Shown here: positions 57,420 to 64,000 of the stretch, in pieces
Layout of the letters: each line of letters opens with the position of its first letter
Position numbering within the stretch: the first letter of the stretch is position 1
Program-made: the position numbers and the translations under genes
From: an uncultured virus (IMG/VR IMGVR_UViG_3300024261_001453)
Lineage: Duplodnaviria; Heunggongvirae; Uroviricota; Caudoviricetes
Direction: 5' to 3' (one strand)
Virus record (IMG/VR): IMGVR_UViG_3300024261_001453
Length of the DNA stretch: 64,000 nucleotides
Notes under the pieces: generated by a model
What the model was told of the DNA's origin: nothing
Database searches by the model: none
The model's input: only the letters and a program-made list of their open reading frames with translations

Positions 57420-59561
57420 ATGAAACCGGTTTTAATAGTAGAAAATTCACAAAACCAACTTATTAGAGAGAGTAACTCTGCTAATAAGGGGTACACATTA
57501 GGTGGTACATTCACCGAATTCGGTGTCAAGAACAGAAATGAACGTATTTATTCGGCTGATAAATTTTTACCAGCATTGAATGAAATGAATGAACGTATAA
57601 GTGGCTTAGGTGCTGTTTATGGTGAATTCGATCATCCAGACGTTTTTGACACATCACTCTCAAGAGCCTCGCATATTATCACAAAGGCAAGTTATATCCA
57701 AGAGAAAAATATCGTAGCGGGAGAGATTAAATTACTAAGTACTTACTGGGGTAAGGAAGCAAAAGCACTTGTCGATGACGGGTGTCCTGTATTCGTTTCT
57801 TCAAGAGCTGCTGGTATTACTGAATCTGATGGTTCAGTTTCCCTTAAAAAATTATTTACTTATGACATTGTTGCTGACCCAGGATTTGCGTCAGCTAAAA
57901 TGGATGTTAAGGTACTTAATGAGTCATTGGGATATAATGACGAAAAATCTAACTTTAGGATATATGAAATGTCCGATGAGTCAAAAATAAATGAGTTATT
58001 CAATATGAACAAAAATGAGTTTGTAACAAAAAAACAATTGACTGACTACTCTAACTACTTAGTTAACGAATTAGCATCAACTAAGAAGACAGTTAATACA
58101 GCCATTACTAAAGGTAATGTAGCTCCAAAGAAATTGGAACAATTATTAGAGTATTATGAAGAGTTAAACAACTCTAATTCAAAAGTAGCTAAGTATCTTG
58201 ATTATTTATCAGAAAAGGTACAAATAGTAGTTAATGAGAATAAATCATTAAAGAAGACAACTGAGAAATTAGTTAAACATAATGATTATTTAGCAGAAAA
58301 CTTAGAGAAATCTATTAATTACGCTGAGTATTTAGGTGAAAACTTAGATAAGAACATTGATTATTCTGAGTATTTAGCTGAGAATTTAGACAAGAACATA
58401 TCTTATGCTGAGTATTTAGCTGAGAATGTTGATAAAAACATTTCATATTCTGAGTATTTAGCTGAGAGTTTAGATAAGAACATTGCTTATTCTGAATATA
58501 TCGCTGAGAATTTAGACAAAAACATCGCTTATTCTGAGTATATCGCTGAGAATTTAGACAAAAACATTGCTTACTCTGAGTATATCGCAGAAAACGTTGA
58601 TAATAATATCGCTTATTCTGAATACTTATCTGAGCATGTTGAAGGTAACATTGCTTACTCTGAGTATATCGCAGAACATTTAGATGATAACATCGCTTAT
58701 TCTGAGTATGTAGCAGAGAATCTTGACAAATCAATTAATTATCAAGGATTGATAGTTGAGAGATTAAACGGAGATAAATTATTTGAATCTGTTGAAGGAT
58801 CTGAAAGCTTCCCATCTCTAGACGATGCTGGTTTTGAAGCTTTTGATGATGAAGAAAACAAAGATGAAGAAAATTGTAATCTTGAAGTATCATTAGATAA
58901 TAATGATGAAGAAAATGGTGTTGAAGAATCTGTTGAGAATACAGATGATTACGCAACAGAAGAAAACAAAGATGAAGAAAATAAAGATGAAGAAAACAAA
59001 GAAGATAAAACTGAAAGCCATGATATGGTAAACGGTGATAGTGATTCTGAATTATCTGAATCTATTGATAAACTAATTGAAGAAGCTAAAAAACGAAAAG
59101 TTTCTGAAACAACAGATGTGAATTTCTTGAAGTTCATGTCTAAATCACAAGTTGACAGCTTTTACGCTTTGTCAAATGACGAACAAGAGTCAGTTAAAGT
59201 CCATATAAACGAAAGAGACTACTTTACTCAAAAAGATGTTTTGTTATTGATATCTGAAGCACTATCAACTAAGAACGAATCTCTTGAAGAGAGAATAATC
59301 AGATTGATGCCTGAAAACACAAAGCCAATCTGGGAACAATTAAACGACACTTCTAAGAAATCTATCTTGTCACAAGCTAGATTATATCCAGAAGACGTTT
59401 TAACTACTGAGGCACAAGTTGAACATTTTTGGTCAACTAGAAAGCTAAAGACAAATGAGTCTGTAACAAAGAAACTTGTATCACATGAAAGCCTTATCCA
59501 AGAAGATAAACTTTCAGATAATGATGTTCAAGCGATAATGGAAAGATTCAAAAATATTTAA
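57420..59561 (+). CDS. Prohead protease (gp21-like) fused to scaffold/core domain
   Basis: NRNERIY, GEFDHP, VSSRAAG, TYDIVADPGF, then a long coiled-coil/repeat region. Confidence 0.9.
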   Translation: MKPVLIVENSQNQLIRESNSANKGYTLGGTFTEFGVKNRNERIYSADKFLPALNEMNERISGLGAVYGEFDHPDVFDTSLSRASHIITKASYIQEKNIVAGEIKLLSTYWGKEAKALVDDGCPVFVSSRAAGITESDGSVSLKKLFTYDIVADPGFASAKMDVKVLNESLGYNDEKSNFRIYEMSDESKINELFNMNKNEFVTKKQLTDYSNYLVNELASTKKTVNTAITKGNVAPKKLEQLLEYYEELNNSNSKVAKYLDYLSEKVQIVVNENKSLKKTTEKLVKHNDYLAENLEKSINYAEYLGENLDKNIDYSEYLAENLDKNISYAEYLAENVDKNISYSEYLAESLDKNIAYSEYIAENLDKNIAYSEYIAENLDKNIAYSEYIAENVDNNIAYSEYLSEHVEGNIAYSEYIAEHLDDNIAYSEYVAENLDKSINYQGLIVERLNGDKLFESVEGSESFPSLDDAGFEAFDDEENKDEENCNLEVSLDNNDEENGVEESVENTDDYATEENKDEENKDEENKEDKTESHDMVNGDSDSELSESIDKLIEEAKKRKVSETTDVNFLKFMSKSQVDSFYALSNDEQESVKVHINERDYFTQKDVLLLISEALSTKNESLEERIIRLMPENTKPIWEQLNDTSKKSILSQARLYPEDVLTTEAQVEHFWSTRKLKTNESVTKKLVSHESLIQEDKLSDNDVQAIMERFKNI
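58290..58745 (+). repeat. About 11 x 42-bp coding repeat (14-aa unit IAENLDKNIAYSEY)
   Basis: Visible in both DNA and protein. Confidence 0.95.
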
Positions 59562-59563
59562 TG

Positions 59564-59615
59564 TCTGTAAAGAATCCACCTTGGTAAAAATCAAGAATTT
59601 GTGGGTTTATATATA
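59564..59615 (+). promoter_or_regulatory. 19-bp element TCTGTAAAGAATCCACCTT + N26 + ATATATA upstream of the major capsid gene
   Basis: Second exact copy. Confidence 0.75.
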
Positions 59616-59646
59616 CATTAATTAAAAAAAATAAAAAAAGAAAATT

Positions 59647-61377
59647 ATGTCACACATTAGAATAGACAAACAAAAAGCTATGAAGAAATGGTCTCCAGTA
59701 TTAGAGAACATGGGAGTTGCTGGTGAAGATAGATTGGATTGGATGTCAGAATATGCTGAATTTCACTCAATCAATGAAAACGCTTACGCAAACGCTTCAA
59801 ACGTATCGGGTATGGGAGCTGTAGTAGCTGCACAACCTAATTCATTAGCTGGTAACACAATTGGCAATTACGCTGACTCAACTGGTTCAGGTGATGTTGG
59901 TCAAAACCTTTTACCGGTAGCGATGAAAATAGCAGCTCAAACAATCGGTTTAGATTTAGTAGCTGTTAAACCTTCTCCAGGTCCAAAAATTGATTTATTA
60001 TATATCGACTTTAGATATGATGATGCTCATTTAGGAGATTCAGACGAAAGACCACAAGTCTTTAAGATTGCACCAAACGCTACATTTTTAACTACTGGTG
60101 CTGGTGGTATGACAGCAGTTATCGCTGGATTAAGAGCTCAATTAGCTACGAATACAATCACTGAAACAGTTGGTGGTTTAACTGGTAGAATGTGGAATGA
60201 TATCACAGATGGTTCAGATGTAGTTGTAGAACCAACACCTTCAAAAGAAGGAAAAGTTGAATTTTTAGGATTCTCTAGAATTGATGGTTATCCAATGTTC
60301 AGAGCTTACAGACAGATGAATACATCTCACACAGATGTTGGTTCAGCTCAAGCAAACTGGGGATTTGACCCGACTAGAAACACATTTAGTCCTACAATGT
60401 CAATGGCTTCTCAAATTACTGATTTAGGAGATGTTACTTTAACTGATGAGCCTACTATTGAATTAGTATCAGCTCTTGAAGATCACATTCCTGGTTTCTC
60501 TGCAAACTGGATGTCGGATGCTACTGGCCCTGCTGGTAACTATCCAATGGATAGAGAAATGGACGATAAAAGATACTCTGGTATCATCGGACCAAAAATT
60601 AGTTCTAAAACAGTTGCCGTAGGTACTATTGAAGTATCTTCAGCTCTTAGAAGAACTGAAATTGAAGATATCAAAGCTAACACTGGTATGGATATCGTTC
60701 AAAAAATGGAGTCAATTCTTGTTAATGAATTATCTCAAACAATCTCTAAGCAAATTGTTGCTAAGATATTTGAAATGGGTTCACTTAACAGATTATCTGC
60801 ACCAGCTTATGTTGGAACAGCACCGGCACCATTAGCGGGACAAACAATCTTTGACTTAAACACAGCTTATGCAACTGTTGCTGCTGGTAATGGAAACGTT
60901 GGTGGTGAAACTACACACGCTGTTCAAAGAAAGCTTGTAACTAAGATAGCTCACGCTTCTAACTACATCGCTACAGAGGGACGTGTTGGTCCAGCTCAAT
61001 ACCTTATTACAAATGGGGGATTAGCAGCAGCACTTTCTGATATCTCTGGTTATACAATTAACCCAGTGAAATCAAAAATCAATGGTCAAGGTCAATTATA
61101 CCCAGTAGGTTCAATTGGAGATATTTCAATATATGTTGATCCATATATGAGATATAACGACAATAGAATTGCTCTTGGTAGAAAGAACAATCCAGATCAA
61201 CCAGGTATTATTTTTGTACCTTACTTAATGGCTCAGTCTATATCTGTAATTTCTGAAGCGACTTTCGCTCCTAGAATGTTACTAAGATCTAGATACGCTG
61301 TAACAGAAGTTGGTTGGTTCCCACAAAAACAATTTATGACTATCGAAGTTACAGATGTGAATACACTTCTTAACTAA
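59647..61377 (+). CDS. Major capsid protein (gp23-like)
   Basis: KKWSPVLE, AQTIGLDLVAVKP, ELSQTISKQI, YVDPY, PGIIFVPY, TFAPRMLLRSRYA; follows the protease gene. Confidence 0.92.
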   Translation: MSHIRIDKQKAMKKWSPVLENMGVAGEDRLDWMSEYAEFHSINENAYANASNVSGMGAVVAAQPNSLAGNTIGNYADSTGSGDVGQNLLPVAMKIAAQTIGLDLVAVKPSPGPKIDLLYIDFRYDDAHLGDSDERPQVFKIAPNATFLTTGAGGMTAVIAGLRAQLATNTITETVGGLTGRMWNDITDGSDVVVEPTPSKEGKVEFLGFSRIDGYPMFRAYRQMNTSHTDVGSAQANWGFDPTRNTFSPTMSMASQITDLGDVTLTDEPTIELVSALEDHIPGFSANWMSDATGPAGNYPMDREMDDKRYSGIIGPKISSKTVAVGTIEVSSALRRTEIEDIKANTGMDIVQKMESILVNELSQTISKQIVAKIFEMGSLNRLSAPAYVGTAPAPLAGQTIFDLNTAYATVAAGNGNVGGETTHAVQRKLVTKIAHASNYIATEGRVGPAQYLITNGGLAAALSDISGYTINPVKSKINGQGQLYPVGSIGDISIYVDPYMRYNDNRIALGRKNNPDQPGIIFVPYLMAQSISVISEATFAPRMLLRSRYAVTEVGWFPQKQFMTIEVTDVNTLLN

Positions 61378-61398
61378 ATAGTTAAATTGAAAATACCG

Positions 61399-61425
61399 AA
61401 AAAAGACTCCTTGTGGGTCTTTTTT
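61399..61425 (+). terminator. Intrinsic terminator after the capsid gene
   Basis: AAAAAAGACTC-cttgt-GGGTCTTTTTT. Confidence 0.8.
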
Positions 61426-61451
61426 CTTTTTAAATAATTTATATATACACT

Positions 61452-61841
61452 ATGATTAAAAAGTATAATTATTTCTTTGAGTCTAAGAAGACTAAGTTCC
61501 CTAATATTAAGAAAGTTGAAGTAGAAGGATTCTTTATTCATATAGGTAGAGACTCCAAATCTAACGACCACTTAACATTTAACGTTGCTGATGATAAAGA
61601 CATCTGGATGCACGCTAAGGGTGTTCCTGGGAGTCATGTTATTATAAGAGTTAGAGAAAACTTACCAACTCAAGAAATACTAAGATATGTTGCTGAATTA
61701 GCTAAAAAGAATAGTAAAGCTAGTAAAGAAGATAATGTAACTGTTGTTTATTGCCAAAGAAAATTTGTTAAGAAAGAAAGTGGTATGAATGAGGGTCAAG
61801 TAAGAGTTGATTATATCAATGCCTACGAAATCGTAGTTTGA
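61452..61841 (+). CDS. Stand-alone NFACT RNA-binding domain (DUF814) protein
   Basis: IGRDSKSNDHLT, DIWMHAKGVPGSHVII, A.LA..NSK, FVKK, GQV. Confidence 0.88.
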   Translation: MIKKYNYFFESKKTKFPNIKKVEVEGFFIHIGRDSKSNDHLTFNVADDKDIWMHAKGVPGSHVIIRVRENLPTQEILRYVAELAKKNSKASKEDNVTVVYCQRKFVKKESGMNEGQVRVDYINAYEIVV

Positions 61842-61878
61842 TATTTAATATATAAGATTAATAAAATAAATTTTTATA

Positions 61879-63234
61879 ATGGCAGGAGAAACTAAAAGAG
61901 TAAAATTTTCGGATAAATTACTAAAGATACTTAAAAGTATGGAGGATAATAATAGTTATCTAGCTTTTGAACTTCTTTGGATGAATGATCCAACTGCAAA
62001 ATATCATAATGGCCTTAATATAACAAATGTTGATTGTGGTACAGATAAATCATCAGATTTTAATTTCACTGTTGTTATTGGTGGTAAGAAAAATATAATG
62101 AAAATTGGTAAATTCATTAGATATTACTTTTCTAATCTATTTAGTAGTGATGAGATAACAAAATTTGCTCATGCTTTCAATAGAGTGAAGAATGGTGGTA
62201 AGGCTGAACAATCTGGTAAAAAAGTTGAAATACCTGAGTTTAGTTATAATCCAAAAGACCCTAGGTCTACATTCTTATCACTTGTTACAGAAACATACCC
62301 ACACCCACATGAGGAGAAAGTTATGAAATACTTACCAAAAGACTTAGATAAAGATGAATTTGGTAATTATTATAAAGTGATTCCTGGTGATGATACTACA
62401 ATGTTTAGTTCTCACCTTGATACGGCTGATAGAAGTCCAGTTCCTACTAACCTATTCACTAAAGAGGTAGATGGGGATGAGATAATCTATACTGATGGTA
62501 GTACAATATTAGGGGCTGATGATAAGTCTGGAGTTACTGTTATGATGTATATGATGGTTCATAATATCCCAGGTATTTATTATTTCTTTATTGGTGAAGA
62601 AAGAGGTGGTATTGGTTCTAATCAATTAGCTGATGTTTATGATAAATTTGATTTCCTAAAAAATGTTAAGAAATGTATTTCTTTTGATAGAAGAAGAACA
62701 ATTTCTGTTATAACACATCAAATGGGTGGTCGTTGTTGTTCTGATGCTTTTGGTACAGGACTTTGTAAAGAGTACAATAAACAAGGACTTAACCTTTCAT
62801 TGGATAATGGTGGCGTTTATACTGATTCTGCTTCATTTATGGATATTATTCCTGAGTGTACTAATTTATCTGTTGGTTATTTAAATGAACACACAGGTAG
62901 AGAAGAACAAAACATGACATTTTTAATACAGTTGTGTAAAACTTCTATTAATGTTGATTGGGCTGGATTACCAGTTGCTAGAAAAGTAGGTTTGAACCTT
63001 GATTTAGTGCAGAAGCACAAATCTTTAATTGATGTTATAAAAAATGCAGTATTTGAATTAGAGGTGAAGATGGTTGGGTTTGAGGATAAAATATATATAA
63101 GAATAGATTTAGATGATACTAATCTAGTAACTGTTTATGATACTTTGAATATTGTACAAAACTTACTTGATAAACATAAAGTAGATAGTATGTGTATTTT
63201 TACTGAAACATATCTTAAAATAGAATTAACATAA
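61879..63234 (+). CDS. M20/M28-family zinc peptidase
   Basis: SHLDT, LGADDKSG, GEERGGIGS, FDRR, YTDS, GY.NEHT. Confidence 0.88.
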   Translation: MAGETKRVKFSDKLLKILKSMEDNNSYLAFELLWMNDPTAKYHNGLNITNVDCGTDKSSDFNFTVVIGGKKNIMKIGKFIRYYFSNLFSSDEITKFAHAFNRVKNGGKAEQSGKKVEIPEFSYNPKDPRSTFLSLVTETYPHPHEEKVMKYLPKDLDKDEFGNYYKVIPGDDTTMFSSHLDTADRSPVPTNLFTKEVDGDEIIYTDGSTILGADDKSGVTVMMYMMVHNIPGIYYFFIGEERGGIGSNQLADVYDKFDFLKNVKKCISFDRRRTISVITHQMGGRCCSDAFGTGLCKEYNKQGLNLSLDNGGVYTDSASFMDIIPECTNLSVGYLNEHTGREEQNMTFLIQLCKTSINVDWAGLPVARKVGLNLDLVQKHKSLIDVIKNAVFELEVKMVGFEDKIYIRIDLDDTNLVTVYDTLNIVQNLLDKHKVDSMCIFTETYLKIELT

Positions 63235-63235
63235 T

Positions 63236-63730
63236 ATGAAGAATATTAAGAATTATAAGAAGTTCCTAGAAAAGGAAAATATAAGAGAGGATGAGAACTC
63301 ATATCTTAATGATGATATTAACGATCCTTGGGGTGATCCAAGTGATAGATGGTCTGATCGGTCGGATTATGATGATGAGGGTTACCAGTATCTTAATGGT
63401 GGTGAGTCTAGATCTAGTGAGGATGATAATGATGATAGAGATGATGTTCAACATTTACTTTACTTGTTAAGAACAATGTTTAAGAACAATGGTATTGAGG
63501 TTGAAATAGAACATAAGAACTTAGATATTATGATATATTGTGTTATGAATAGAAAGGAAAGATTAAAAGATGTTATTAATGTTTTAGATGTGGCTAATAA
63601 ATTGAAGAAGGATGTATTACCACAATATGATTGTGAGTTTGAGATGTGGGAAACTAGAAAAGGTAAACCAATGTTAACCTTTAACTTCTTTTATGATGAA
63701 GGTTTGAACGATGATCGTGTTCCATTTTAA
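63236..63730 (+). CDS. Acidic hypothetical protein with CTS-like N-terminus (MKNIKNYKKFLE)
   Basis: 164-aa ORF. Confidence 0.72.
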   Translation: MKNIKNYKKFLEKENIREDENSYLNDDINDPWGDPSDRWSDRSDYDDEGYQYLNGGESRSSEDDNDDRDDVQHLLYLLRTMFKNNGIEVEIEHKNLDIMIYCVMNRKERLKDVINVLDVANKLKKDVLPQYDCEFEMWETRKGKPMLTFNFFYDEGLNDDRVPF

Positions 63731-63800
63731 CTATAAACAATCCATTTTAACAACTTTTAAATATTTTAGTATATTATATATACATTAATTACAAACACTT

Positions 63801-64000
63801 GGGGGTGTCATAGAATAGATTCGCAGAGTAAAGGTAGTTATGCAGGTATCGGATTGTTAAATACCCGATTAATAAATTAAATAACAAAACAGTAAACGGA
63901 AACGTAACAGAAGTAGCAAGCAAAGAAGATTTAGTATTTGCTCTACAAAACAACCTACTTAACGTAGGGGAGTTAGTTGAAGCTTAATAGAGGAAACTCT
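63801..64000 (+). ncRNA. ssrA: tmRNA, 5' portion (runs off the window)
   Basis: GGGGGTG acceptor-like 5' end; pk1-like pairings (ATCGG/CCGAT, TTGTTA/TAACAA); TAAAC|GGA resume context; tag frame 63898-63987 GNVTEVASKEDLVFALQNNLLNVGELVEA*. Confidence 0.78.

Noticed and set aside
58290..58745. 42-bp repeat array as a CRISPR array
   Set aside because: The units are contiguous, in frame, vary mainly at synonymous positions, and have no unique spacers or cas genes nearby.
1..64000. Stop-codon reassignment as in some large phages
   Set aside because: Core genes are full-length in the standard code, and TAG and TGA both end genes at sensible positions.

Overview
A 64-kb segment of a very AT-rich, T4-superfamily jumbo myophage genome in standard genetic code. 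The host is most likely a Bacteroidota (Flavobacteria-like) bacterium. Support for that: a canonical TTTG-N20-TAnnTTTG promoter, A-rich starts without Shine-Dalgarno sequences, signal peptides apparently cleaved before Gln, and Bacteroidota-like TonB receptor, ClpS, GSII and RNase R. Core phage genes include terminase, portal, a prohead protease-scaffold fusion, major capsid protein, tail sheath and tube, gp25-, gp15-, gp4- and gp2-like proteins, tail fibres, sliding clamp and clamp loader, UvsY-like, gp47-like nuclease and a gp55-like sigma factor. These are scrambled on both strands among auxiliary genes. Highlights: (1) a coupled TonB-dependent receptor-PnuC-NadR operon, a candidate phage-encoded outside-to-NAD+ import/salvage pathway; (2) about 15 unrelated proteins, several of them enzymes, share an N-terminal MK(H/Y)(L/I)KxF/YE tag resembling the T4 capsid-targeting sequence; (3) a ribosome-rescue/proteolysis set (tmRNA with a long non-canonical tag, RNase R, NFACT-R domain, ClpS, peptidase); (4) three promoter classes readable from sequence, plus an identical 19-bp element at a fixed distance upstream of the two main head genes; (5) a minimal GluRS paralogue near a type II glutamine synthetase. 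All calls come from motif recognition by eye; no database searches were run.
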